Below are positions 41,347 through 50,380 of a stretch of 64,000 bases of DNA, piece by piece. Below the pieces are notes generated by a model, which searched no databases, was not told where the DNA came from, and worked only from the letters and a program-made list of their open reading frames with translations. Origin of the DNA: Candidatus Limnocylindrales bacterium. Lineage in GTDB: Bacteria; Chloroflexota; Limnocylindria; Limnocylindrales; CSP1-4. Position 1 is the first letter of the stretch. Every line of letters begins with the position of its first letter. The stretch is from assembly GCA_036834865.1 (NCBI GenBank), contig DAITNC010000001.1, positions 1,939 to 65,938 on the forward strand, written 5' to 3'. A program made the position numbers and the translations under genes.

Positions 41347-42249
41347 CTACCAGTATTCCTCGGTGTGGATCGTCCCGATGGCGCGGCCGCGGTCGCGGAC
41401 GAACCCGCGGTCCGCCAGCCGCCCGATCACGGTCTCGATCATCCCGGGGTTGCCGCACAGGTAGACGTGGAAGTTGTCCGGCTCCAGCTGGAGGCCGGTC
41501 GCCTCCTCGATGACCCCGGAGAAGAGGACCTCCTGGAGGTAGCCGGTACGGCCACGCCAGGTGGGATCCTCCTGGGGGCGCGTGATGACCGGGAGGTAGG
41601 TGAGGTTGGGGCAGTGCCGGGCGAGGCTTGTCAGCTCGGTTCGGTAGCCCAGGTCCCACGAGCAGCGCGCACCGTGGAGGACGACGATGCGGCGGGTCCC
41701 GCCGCACTCCAGGTCGGTGCGCAGCATGGAGATGTACGGTGCGAGGCCGGTCCCGGTGGCCACCAGGATCACGTGGTGGTCCCGGGGGGCCTTCTCCAGG
41801 GTGAACATCCCCACCGCCTTCGGGCCGACGTAGATGCGGTCCTTGATCCCGAGGTTGAAGAGGCGCGGCGTGAGATCCCCGCTCATGACCACGGTGATGC
41901 AGAACTCCAGGAACTCGTCGGACTGGCTGCTCGACGCGATCGAGTAGGCCCGCCGGATCAGCTTGTCGGGGTCCGGGCGCGCGGTCGTGACGGCTCGCTG
42001 CGCCGCCGACTCGGCGGCCGGCTGGGCCGGCGCGGTGACCTCCGCCGTCCGGGCCTCCTCCGGGCGGTACGCCAGCTCGTCAGGCTCGGCCTCGTCGATC
42101 CGGGGCTCCGAGGCCTTGAGGCCGAGGACGACGTACTGGCCGGCCTTGAACTCGAACTGGGGCGCGTCGGGGACGATCCGCAGGATGATCAGCCCGGGCG
42201 CCAGCTCGACTCGCTGGGCCACGGTCGCGTTGTACTCCGCTGCCGCCAT
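41347..42249 (-). CDS. fpr: ferredoxin-NADP+ reductase (plant-type FNR)
   Basis: 'RAYSIASS' FAD motif, 'ATGTGLAPY' NADP motif, C-terminal 'TEEYW'. Confidence 0.85.
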   Translation of the reverse strand: MAAAEYNATVAQRVELAPGLIILRIVPDAPQFEFKAGQYVVLGLKASEPRIDEAEPDELAYRPEEARTAEVTAPAQPAAESAAQRAVTTARPDPDKLIRRAYSIASSSQSDEFLEFCITVVMSGDLTPRLFNLGIKDRIYVGPKAVGMFTLEKAPRDHHVILVATGTGLAPYISMLRTDLECGGTRRIVVLHGARCSWDLGYRTELTSLARHCPNLTYLPVITRPQEDPTWRGRTGYLQEVLFSGVIEEATGLQLEPDNFHVYLCGNPGMIETVIGRLADRGFVRDRGRAIGTIHTEEYW

Positions 42250-42315
42250 ACGGCCTCCCAATCGCCAGGTGCAGGATCCGCGGCCGGCTGGTCACGGATC
42301 GCCTGATCGTTCGAA

Positions 42316-42391
42316 TGGCGCCCCCGGCAGGAGTCGAACCCGCAACCAACCGGGTAGAAACCGGTCGCTCTGTCCATTGAGCTACGGGGGC
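42316..42391 (-). tRNA. tRNA-Arg (anticodon TCT)
   Basis: Reverse complement folds as a cloverleaf: GCCCCCG acceptor, T-loop GGTTCGACTCC, anticodon stem ACCGG/CCGGT with loop TTTCTAC, CCA encoded. Confidence 0.8.
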
Positions 42392-42570
42392 GTCACGTTA
42401 GCGTAGCCCAAGCGCGGACCCTCGCGACCCGCGCAACGCGAGACGGCCGCCGGGCGACAGCTGCGCCGCGCGCCGGTCGCGCTCGGGCCGCGCCTGTCGC
42501 CGAACGCCCGTGCTATGCTCCGCGGCCCGCGGGCGGTCTCGAGCCGCGCCGCGTCACCGGAGGTTGCAGC

Positions 42571-44145
42571 GTGGCCGCGGACCAGCGCACGACCCGCCTC
42601 GTCGATTCGCTCGCGACGCTGCCGCCGGCTGGTCCCGCCCGGGTCGTCTCGACGTCCGCCATTCCTCGCCGCCCGCGCCCGCCGATCGAGCTGCGCGGCG
42701 TCCCCGACGGAATGGTGGCGGCCCAGCTGGACCTGGGCCTGGCCAGGGAGCTCCCCGGGTTCCCCATCGAGGCAGACTGGAAGGACCCGGCCCGCCTGTG
42801 GGGCCACGCCTTCCACCCGATGTGCTCGTACCTCGCGAGCTTCCCGGCAGCGCTCGCGCACGCCTTCATCGCCCGCTACTCCCGGCCGGGCGACGTGGTC
42901 CTGGACCCCTTCGCCGGTCGCGGCACCGTCCCGCTCCAGGCCTGCGTGGAGGGGCGCCTTGGCGTGGGCAACGATCTCAACCCGTTCGCCCACGTCCTGA
43001 CCGCCGCGAAGGTGGACCCGCCAACGGCCGGCGAAGCGGCCGCGCGCCTCGCCCGGCTCCGGATCGACTGGTCCTTCGAGGCCTCCGGGTGGCAGGCCCT
43101 CGGCGATGGCCTGGTCCTGGCCGCCGGTCGGGCGCTCGCGGCGGCCGGGACGACGAGCGGCGGCGGCCACGCCCTGCCCGTCGCCGGGCTCGCGGTCCCC
43201 GGCGCGGGGTCGGGCGGCTCGGTTCGCCAGGGCGATGAGCTCGTCCCGCTCGAGGTCGCCCTCTGCTATCACCCGCACACGCTGGCCCAGCTCCTGTTCG
43301 TGCGGAGCCGCCTGGACCTCGGGGATCGAACCGACCGCTTCCTGGCTGCGGCCGTGACCGGGATCCTGCACGGGAAGAGTCGGAGCTACCTCTCGGAGCT
43401 GATGCCGAACACCTTCAGCATGGCGCCGCGCTACGTCCGGGACTTCGCCAGGCGGACCGCGTTCGCAGGGTCCGAGCGAGACGTCTTCGCCTGCCTGGGC
43501 GAGAAGCTGGGGCGCCTGGACCGCGACGGCCGCCCCGCGGTCCGCGGCATCGCCCTCCTCGGCGACGCCCGCGACGCGGGATCCCGGGTACGGGCTGCCC
43601 TGCGGGAGCGGGCGCTTCCCGACCGGGCGCGACTCGTCGTCACCTCGCCGCCCTATCTCCGCGTCCTCAAGTACGGCTACTACAACTGGCTGCGCGCCTG
43701 GTTCCTGGGCTTCGACGCGGCCGAGATCGACCGGACCCTCGACGACGCGCACCGCCGCGAGCCCTACCTCGCCTTCCTCCGCGAGACCCTGGCGGGCCTG
43801 CGACCCGCGCTCGCGGACGACGCCGTTGTCGTGATGGTGATCGGCGACGTCCTGGCCGACCGCGGCAAGCGGATCGGGGACGGCGTGGGCCTGGCTGACG
43901 CCGCCTGGGAGGCAGCTGCCGAGCCGGAAGGCTACCGCCTGGCCGGGATCGCCCTGGACCCGATCGCGGCGCCGCGCAAGATGACGAAGCTGTGGGGCAA
44001 TGCCGCCGGCGCCGCGACGAAGACCGACCGGATCCTCGTGATGGGCACAACCGAGGCCGGCCGGCGCCGCGCCCTCGCCGGGGCCGGCGTGCCGATCCGC
44101 TGGGATGGGCCGCGGAGCCGGGCCTCCGGTACACTCCGGCGATGA
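42571..44145 (+). CDS. DNA methyltransferase (N4-cytosine/N6-adenine, PF01555-like) with permuted motif order
   Basis: Motif I 'GDVVLDPFAGRGT' preceded by 'H..P..FP..L' near the N-terminus; 'VVTSPPYLRVLKY' (motif IV) about 250 aa later. GTG start with GGAGG upstream. Confidence 0.7.
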   Translation: MAADQRTTRLVDSLATLPPAGPARVVSTSAIPRRPRPPIELRGVPDGMVAAQLDLGLARELPGFPIEADWKDPARLWGHAFHPMCSYLASFPAALAHAFIARYSRPGDVVLDPFAGRGTVPLQACVEGRLGVGNDLNPFAHVLTAAKVDPPTAGEAAARLARLRIDWSFEASGWQALGDGLVLAAGRALAAAGTTSGGGHALPVAGLAVPGAGSGGSVRQGDELVPLEVALCYHPHTLAQLLFVRSRLDLGDRTDRFLAAAVTGILHGKSRSYLSELMPNTFSMAPRYVRDFARRTAFAGSERDVFACLGEKLGRLDRDGRPAVRGIALLGDARDAGSRVRAALRERALPDRARLVVTSPPYLRVLKYGYYNWLRAWFLGFDAAEIDRTLDDAHRREPYLAFLRETLAGLRPALADDAVVVMVIGDVLADRGKRIGDGVGLADAAWEAAAEPEGYRLAGIALDPIAAPRKMTKLWGNAAGAATKTDRILVMGTTEAGRRRALAGAGVPIRWDGPRSRASGTLRR

Positions 44146-44369
44146 AGCCCATGTTCCACCCGGACGATCTCGCGTCGATGGATCCACTCGTCCTGATGAA
44201 GAACCTGGACCACGTCCGCATGACGAGCCGGCGACTCAGCTACGTCCTCCAGCAGCAGGTCCACCTCTACACCCCCGAGGCGAACAGGCTGCGCGAGGAG
44301 ATCGACACGTACGTCGAAGCGGAGCGCCAGATCGAGGGCGAGATGTCGCGGCGCACCATCCGCGCCTGA
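44142..44369 (+). CDS. small hypothetical protein, translationally coupled to the methyltransferase
   Basis: 75 aa, ATGA overlap with the methyltransferase stop; strong GC3 bias supports coding. Confidence 0.5.
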   Translation: MKPMFHPDDLASMDPLVLMKNLDHVRMTSRRLSYVLQQQVHLYTPEANRLREEIDTYVEAERQIEGEMSRRTIRA

Positions 44370-44419
44370 GGGGCCGCTCCAGTCGGCCGCCGCGACCGAC
44401 GGCCCGACCCGTGCCCGCC

Positions 44420-44797
44420 TCAGGCGGTCGCCGGAGCCGTTTCGAGCGGAGTCGCGACGATCGCCAGCCCGTGCCGGGCGCCCGCCGTCCCGCGACGCGC
44501 CACCTGGGGCTCGTCGGCGATGACGGCCGCGACCATGGCCGCGAGCTCGATCGTCTGGAAGAGGCTGAACCCGATCCCGAGCTCCCCGAGCTCGCCAAGC
44601 CCGTACCCCCGGAAGAGCCGCCGGCTCGCCACCACCCACATCTCGTCGTAGAGATCCGGCCAGCCCACGCGCCTCCGGGCGCGGCAGAAACGGACGAACT
44701 CGGCGGCCTCTCGCGCAGGCGTTCCGGGCGCACGGGTACACGGGTCCATCGATCTCCACTCTCCTCCGCCCGGCAGCGCGAACCAGGGCATGGTCAA
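44420..44797 (-). CDS. hypothetical protein
   Basis: 125 aa ORF convergent with the small ORF. Protein-like segment 'LYDEMWVVASRRLFRGYGLGELGELGIGFSLF'; no family recognised. Confidence 0.35.
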   Translation of the reverse strand: MTMPWFALPGGGEWRSMDPCTRAPGTPAREAAEFVRFCRARRRVGWPDLYDEMWVVASRRLFRGYGLGELGELGIGFSLFQTIELAAMVAAVIADEPQVARRGTAGARHGLAIVATPLETAPATA

Positions 44798-45027
44798 GGT
44801 GGCGGGCGCGGCGCCGCGGTCTGTGCGGATCGGCCGCGTTCGGGCGTTTCACGCCCCGGTGATGTGGCCGGCAGCTCCCTCATCCGGCAACTCCGAGATC
44901 CTACCCGCCGGGGGGTCGCCGGCGGAAGGGCCTTGTCCACCAAGTGCGCCCCGAACTTGTCCACAGGAACAGGCGTTCGGTGGACGAGCCGCGGCCGGCG
45001 GGTGGACAGGCGGGCGGCCGCACCGGG

Positions 45028-46101
45028 TCAGGTCCTGCGCGTCACCCCATGCCCGGGCGCGTCGCCCAGGAGCCACCGGCAGTCAGGGCCCAGCTCGAGG
45101 CCCGTGAACGGATCCTGGGCCAGGAGCAGGCAGCCATCGAGGTCCACCCACTCCGCGAGGCTCGCGACGGCCGCGGACGCGGCGATCCCGACCGACGTCT
45201 CCTCCATGCAGCCGAGGAACGTCCGGAAGCCCAGCTCCCTGGCGCGCGCCAGCATCCGCGCCGCGGGGCCCACGCCGCCGCACTTGGCGAGCTTCACGTT
45301 GACCCCGTCGACGACCCCGACCAGCGCATCGAGATCCTCGATCGCGACGGCCGACTCGTCGGCGACGATCGGGAGCGGCGAGATCGCCTGCAGGTCGCGG
45401 AGCCAGTCGTAGCGCCGGGGCGGGAACGGCTGCTCGATCAGCTCGACGCCCAGCCGGACGAGCTGTGGGACGATCGCCGCAGCCCCCTCCGGCGTCCAGC
45501 CGACGTTGGCGTCGACCCGGATGGGACCGTCGAACACGCTCCGAACCGCCTCCAGCGTGGCGAGATCCTTCGGCCCACCCACCTTGATCTTCAGGGCCGG
45601 AAAGCGGGCGCTTCGGCGGGCCCGCTCCGCGACGACCGCCGGCTCGTCCAGGCCCAGCGTGAAGTCGGTCGGCGGGATCTCGGGCGAAAGTCCCAGCAGG
45701 CGGTGCAGGGGCAGGCCCAGGGCCTTGCCGGCGAGGTCGTGCAGGGCGATGTCGAGGGCGCACTTGGCCGCCCCGTTGCCGCGGATCGCGTCGTCGAACG
45801 CGGCGCCGATCGCGGCCAGCGCGGCCCGTGCGGCGTCGACGCCGGAAAGGTCGAGCGCCCCTGGCGGCACGGCCGCGAGGAGATGAGCCATGACGACCGG
45901 CATCGTCAACGGCGTCTCGCCGTAGTACGTCTCGGGGCAGCCCTCGCCGATGCCGACCAGGCCCGGCAGCGTCGGCGAGCGCAGCTCGACCACGACCGTC
46001 GTGACGGCGTGGCCCTTGCCGGGCGCATTCCGGGCGATCACGAAGGGATCCCGGAACGGGAGGTGGAGCGTCTCGACGCGCAGGTCCCACGCGGCGCTCA
46101 C
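45028..46101 (-). CDS. dipeptide epimerase (L-Ala-D/L-Glu epimerase; enolase superfamily)
   Basis: MR/MLE-type motifs ('LKIKVG', 'IRVDANVGW', 'IEQP', 'ADES' catalytic Lys/Asp/Glu positions). GTG start overlaps the DUF1611 stop. Confidence 0.8.
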   Translation of the reverse strand: MSAAWDLRVETLHLPFRDPFVIARNAPGKGHAVTTVVVELRSPTLPGLVGIGEGCPETYYGETPLTMPVVMAHLLAAVPPGALDLSGVDAARAALAAIGAAFDDAIRGNGAAKCALDIALHDLAGKALGLPLHRLLGLSPEIPPTDFTLGLDEPAVVAERARRSARFPALKIKVGGPKDLATLEAVRSVFDGPIRVDANVGWTPEGAAAIVPQLVRLGVELIEQPFPPRRYDWLRDLQAISPLPIVADESAVAIEDLDALVGVVDGVNVKLAKCGGVGPAARMLARARELGFRTFLGCMEETSVGIAASAAVASLAEWVDLDGCLLLAQDPFTGLELGPDCRWLLGDAPGHGVTRRT

Positions 46102-47201
46102 GCCCCTGCCTCCACGACCCAGGGAAGGGAGTCCACTGCCGCGTGAACCTCGGCCCACAGCCGGTCGGCGCCGAAGCGAACCGGGTCGTCGGCCGGGAGC
46201 CCCGTCTCGGCGGCCACCTCGGCGATCGCCCGCCTCGCCGCCGCCTCGTCCGCGAGGAGCGACGTGTTCACGGCCACCGCGACCACCTTCGACGGCGCCA
46301 CGGTCCCGGCAATCCGCTCGTGCAGCTCGATGAACGGGCGGAGCGGCGCGATCGGGAAGGATCGGTCTGGCAGGTGGTCGAAGTCGTGGGCGGCGAGTCC
46401 CACCTTGTGGACGAGCACCATCGCGTGCGGTGTCGCGCCGTGAATCAGGCCCAGCGTCACGGCGCTGTAGGCCGGGTGGTCCAGCGAACCCTGACCCTCG
46501 ACCAGGACCCAGTCCCCCATCCCCTCGCCCTGCTCCACGAGCCACTCGACGGTCCCGTTGAGGAAGTCGCTGATGACGCGATCCACGGCCACGCCCCAGC
46601 CGTCGATCATCATCCCGGTCTGGCCGCTGGGGACGAAGACGGCCCGATCGCCGGCGGCAAGGGCGGCCCGCCGGAGCTCGAGCGCCACGGACATCTTGCC
46701 GATCGCGCAGTCCGTGCCCACGGTGAGGATCACGCGACGGCCCGGGAGATGGCGCCGCCCGACCGCGCAATCCATCCGGTCCGGCGCGCGACGGTAGTCC
46801 ACGATGCGGACGCCGGCGGCCGCCGCGGTGGCCGCGATCTCGGGGTCGTCGCCGAGCAGCGTGTGGAGGCCCGAGTGCAGGTCCAGGCCGGCCCGGATCG
46901 CCTCGAGGAGGATCGCGCGCCATGCGTCCGGGAGTCGGCCGCCGGTCGGCGCGATGCCGATGAGGAGCGTGTCGGGACGCGGCCGGCCGGGGATCGCGAG
47001 CGCCTCGTCCAGCGTGGCCACGGCCGGGATGTCGTGCCCCGGCAGCCACTCACCTGCGTTGCGGCCTGCGATCGCCGAGTCCAGGATGGCCACGATCTCG
47101 TCGCGGCCGTAGCGGATGACACCCCACGCGGTCTTGGCGTGATGGGGGCCGAACTCGCCCTCGGTCAGGATCACCAGCCGGCGCGGCGCCGTGGGCTCCA
47201 T
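46098..47201 (-). CDS. DUF1611 domain protein (Rossmann-like; frequent dipeptide-epimerase neighbour)
   Basis: Start at MEPTAPRRLVILTEGEF...; conserved 'ILTVGTDCAIGKM' P-loop-like segment. The upstream extension overlaps tRNA-Glu and was rejected. Confidence 0.7.
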   Translation of the reverse strand: MEPTAPRRLVILTEGEFGPHHAKTAWGVIRYGRDEIVAILDSAIAGRNAGEWLPGHDIPAVATLDEALAIPGRPRPDTLLIGIAPTGGRLPDAWRAILLEAIRAGLDLHSGLHTLLGDDPEIAATAAAAGVRIVDYRRAPDRMDCAVGRRHLPGRRVILTVGTDCAIGKMSVALELRRAALAAGDRAVFVPSGQTGMMIDGWGVAVDRVISDFLNGTVEWLVEQGEGMGDWVLVEGQGSLDHPAYSAVTLGLIHGATPHAMVLVHKVGLAAHDFDHLPDRSFPIAPLRPFIELHERIAGTVAPSKVVAVAVNTSLLADEAAARRAIAEVAAETGLPADDPVRFGADRLWAEVHAAVDSLPWVVEAGA

Positions 47202-47293
47202 CGGTCCTCCTGGGCAGTTGACGGGTCGCCGACCGTGGTCGCCGAAAGGGTAACGCCCCCGGGGCGCGGACCGGGGGCGTCGGGATATTCGGT

Positions 47294-47370
47294 TGGTACC
47301 GCATACCGGATTCGAACCGGTGATCTCCGCCTTGAGAGGGCGGCGTCCTGGGCCTCTAGACGAATGCGGC
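47294..47370 (-). tRNA. tRNA-Glu (anticodon CTC)
   Basis: Reverse complement GCCGCATTCGTCTAGAGGCCCAGGACGCCGCCCTCTCAAGGCGGAG...GGTTCGAATCC...CCA; the D-arm 'GTCTAGAGGCC' is typical of tRNA-Glu. Confidence 0.8.
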
Positions 47371-47486
47371 AGGGCGGCCCGCACGGACCCATGAGAGCCC
47401 CGACCGGGTCCCGATGCTACCAGAGCCGCCGTCGCATTGGCAAACCTGGCCGGCGCCCCGGGTGCCGCGCCACGGCGGCGGCGCGG

Positions 47487-48416
47487 CTACAGGCGGTTGG
47501 TCTCCAGGAAGGCCCTGACGCGGTCAGCGACCTGGCGATGGCTCTCGGCCCCGAGCACCAGGCCATAGTGCGAATGCGCGCCGTACTGCTCGTGCTCGGC
47601 GCCGAGCCAGCTCGCGAGCCGCTCCGCCGCGACCGCGGCGGCGGACCCGTCGAGCCCCGAGCCGATCACGAGGCGCGGCACGTCGTGCAGGCGGCCCGGA
47701 TCCACGGGCACGCCCGCGAGCATGTCGGCCCGCGCCCGCCCGGACTCCCGGGGCTTCTGGCCCAGGAGGTGCTGGACCCGCAGGACATCGTCCAGGGTGA
47801 GGTCGCGGTTCTCCTGCTGGAGCTTCTCGGGCGGCAACTCCCAGCCCAGGACGGCCCGACCGTAGGCAGCCGGCACGTCGCGGACGACGTGCGGCTTGAC
47901 CGGCGGCCGCAGCTGGGCGGGAAGCTGGGCGTCGACCAGGACCAGGCCCGCGACGCCCGCGCGCTCGGCGGCGGCCTTCAGGACCAGCAGGCCTCCCATT
48001 CCGTGCCCGATGGCCACCGGGTCCGGGCCGAGCCGCTCGATCGCCGCGACCACGTCGTCGAGGTAGGTGTCGAACGAGAGGGTTGCGGGATCCGCCGTCT
48101 TCGACCAGTAGTGGTTGCGCAGGTTCAGGGCGTGCCCCTCCCAGCCGCGGCCGGCGAACGACCGGAGCCAGCGCTCCCAGAGCCAGGACCCCGCCAGCTC
48201 GCCGTGCACGAACAGGAGGGGCCGGCGGCGCGAGCGACGTTCCGGCAGCCACGACTCGATGTAGAGGCCGCGCTCCTCCAGCTCGATCTCGTCCTTGCGG
48301 ACGGGCCGCCCGCCCGCGTTGCCGCCGTTGCCGCCGTGACCGCCGCCGGGCTCGGCAGGGGCGGGACGCGGGTACTCACGGTCCAGGGGGTCGTCGAACA
48401 TCTCGTCGCCTACCAC
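47487..48416 (-). CDS. alpha/beta hydrolase
   Basis: 'LLFVHGELAGSW', nucleophile elbow 'GHGMGG'. Confidence 0.65.
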   Translation of the reverse strand: MVGDEMFDDPLDREYPRPAPAEPGGGHGGNGGNAGGRPVRKDEIELEERGLYIESWLPERRSRRRPLLFVHGELAGSWLWERWLRSFAGRGWEGHALNLRNHYWSKTADPATLSFDTYLDDVVAAIERLGPDPVAIGHGMGGLLVLKAAAERAGVAGLVLVDAQLPAQLRPPVKPHVVRDVPAAYGRAVLGWELPPEKLQQENRDLTLDDVLRVQHLLGQKPRESGRARADMLAGVPVDPGRLHDVPRLVIGSGLDGSAAAVAAERLASWLGAEHEQYGAHSHYGLVLGAESHRQVADRVRAFLETNRL

Positions 48417-49729
48417 TCCAGCGGGTTGATGACGAAGCCGGACAGCGGCTTGGGGTAGAAGTAGGTGGACTTCTGGGGCATCACGTCGCCGGCGGCCGCA
48501 ACCGCCACGATCTCCGCGACCGGCGTCGGCTCCAGCAGGAAGGCCGCATCCGCGCCGTCCACCGCGCCGTCCACCCAGCCGATCGCCTCGGCCGCGGACT
48601 TCGTGTAGGCGACGCGTCCCCCGGAAGCGGTCGCCGCCCTGTCGATCCCGGTGAGCCGCTCGAGAGCCACCGCCAGGAGAGTCACGTCCAACCGGCGAAG
48701 CGCCTCGCTGCCGGCTGGCAGAAACGCGCCGAAGGCGTTGCGGCGGGCGACCAGGATGGCGCCGCCCGTCCGCGTCCAGAGCCCGAAACGGCCGGCGCCG
48801 CCAGGGGCCAAAGCGGCCTGCCCGAACGCCCGGGCGAGGGCGGCGCCGTCCGCGGGCTCGACATCGAAGAGTGCGCGGGCAGCGGTCAGCAGCCCGGCGC
48901 CGTCCGCGACGCCGCGGGCCACTCGATGGGTCGGCAGCACCGTCAGGGACCCGCCGCTCGTCTCGAGCAGGAGCATGAGCAGGTAGTCGAAGGCGGGATC
49001 GACTTCATGCGCGCTGCTCAGCCGACGCTCGTCGCGGTAGCGCAGCGCCGTCTCGTAGCGGTGGTGGCCATCCGCGATCGTGATGGGAGCCCGCCCGGCG
49101 GCTTCCCGGAGCACGCTGACAACGGCCTCGGTCGGCCCGTCCTCGGGAAGCATCCAGAGTCGATGTCGGGCGCCGTCGTCGTCAATGACGTCGGCAACCG
49201 CGTCCCCGGCTGTCGCGTCGGCCATGAGCCGCGAAGACTCGCCGGATGCGTCGGCGAAGAGCCCCACGACCCCCGAGAAGTTCGCGCCGGACGCCCGCAT
49301 CAGCTTGTGGCGATCCTCGCGGGGCCCGCTGAGGGTCCGCTCGTGCGGCAGGATCCCCGAGCCGGGCCCGAACGCCTCCAGCTTCACCCGGGCGTAGAAG
49401 CCGCGCTGGACGTGCGGCGCGTCGGATCCGGGGCGCGCGTAGGCCTGCTCGTACACGTAGAGCGCCGGCCGTGGATCCTTGGCGAGCGTCCCGTCCGAGC
49501 GCCAGCTCGCGAACGTGCGCGCGGCCGCGCGGTACTTGTCGTTGGGGTCCGCGGCGCCCGGAAGGTCCACGGGAAGGTCGATGGCGACGACGTTGCGCGG
49601 GTCGCGCGCCGCGAGGATGGCCCGCTGTGCGGGCGAGATCACGTCGTACGGCGGCGCGACGACGCGGGCGAGGTCCGGCACCGCGTCATGGCTGTAGCGC
49701 AGGGCGCGGAACGCGCGGATCTCGGGCAC
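48410..49729 (-). CDS. DUF1015 family protein
   Basis: 'ALRYSHDAVPDLARVVAPPYDVIS', the N-terminal hallmark of DUF1015. GTG start with GGAGG 4 nt upstream. Confidence 0.7.
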   Translation of the reverse strand: MPEIRAFRALRYSHDAVPDLARVVAPPYDVISPAQRAILAARDPRNVVAIDLPVDLPGAADPNDKYRAAARTFASWRSDGTLAKDPRPALYVYEQAYARPGSDAPHVQRGFYARVKLEAFGPGSGILPHERTLSGPREDRHKLMRASGANFSGVVGLFADASGESSRLMADATAGDAVADVIDDDGARHRLWMLPEDGPTEAVVSVLREAAGRAPITIADGHHRYETALRYRDERRLSSAHEVDPAFDYLLMLLLETSGGSLTVLPTHRVARGVADGAGLLTAARALFDVEPADGAALARAFGQAALAPGGAGRFGLWTRTGGAILVARRNAFGAFLPAGSEALRRLDVTLLAVALERLTGIDRAATASGGRVAYTKSAAEAIGWVDGAVDGADAAFLLEPTPVAEIVAVAAAGDVMPQKSTYFYPKPLSGFVINPLEW

Positions 49730-49856
49730 GCGACCTCCATGGGACCGGGCTGGGGCCGGGGCTGCGCGCCCGGCCGGACGAAGCGTCGCGGCCGCGGCTG
49801 GGCGCCGTCGAGAGTGTACCGCCCCGGACCGTCCGGGCACGTGCTAGCCTCCCGGC

Positions 49857-50327
49857 ATGCCTGCCCGCGCTGCCGGTCGCGTCCGGACCGTTCCGCTCGC
49901 CGCGCTCATGGCCCTGGCCGTCGCCGGCTGCAGCGCCTTCACGCCGACGACGGAGCCGGCCACCCCGACGGACTTCGCCGGGATCGTGGTGGAGCTGCAG
50001 GGCGAAGGAATCGACGTGAACCGCGTGGTGAGCGGCGACGCCGGCTGCGGCGACCAGCGGCTCTCGCGCACCGCGATCGGCTTCGATGCCCGCGGTGGCG
50101 ACCAGACAACCACCGTCCGCGTCTACCTCTACGCCTTCAAGGACCAGTCGGTCTACGACCAGCTGCGGCCGGCGGTGGACGCCTGCGCCCGCTCGTACGT
50201 GACGGACGCGGCCGCGTTCGGGTCGGTCGATGCGCCGCCCTACGTGCTCGCCGGCAACGGGCCCTGGACCCCGGCATTCAAGAACGCGCTCCGGACCGCG
50301 CTGGAGCGAGCCGCGGTTGGCGGCTGA
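49857..50327 (+). CDS. lipoprotein, unknown function
   Basis: Signal peptide plus lipobox 'LAVAGCS'. Confidence 0.5.
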   Translation: MPARAAGRVRTVPLAALMALAVAGCSAFTPTTEPATPTDFAGIVVELQGEGIDVNRVVSGDAGCGDQRLSRTAIGFDARGGDQTTTVRVYLYAFKDQSVYDQLRPAVDACARSYVTDAAAFGSVDAPPYVLAGNGPWTPAFKNALRTALERAAVGG

Positions 50328-50380
50328 GGGCTTCGATCCTGCCGCCGGCTCCGATCCGGCTCCGGTGCTAGCCTTTCGAC

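Noticed and set aside
42382-44187. 601-aa minus-strand ORF antisense to the DNA methyltransferase
   Set aside because: Antisense GC-frame artefact; the methyltransferase frame carries the diagnostic FAGRGT and SPPY motifs.
45083-46090. Alternative 335-aa frame over the dipeptide epimerase
   Set aside because: The other frame (45028..46101) carries the enolase-superfamily motifs; this frame is Arg/Gly/Pro low complexity.
46143-48458. 771-aa plus-strand ORF
   Set aside because: Runs through tRNA-Glu and is antisense to the DUF1611 and hydrolase genes; composition is non-protein-like.
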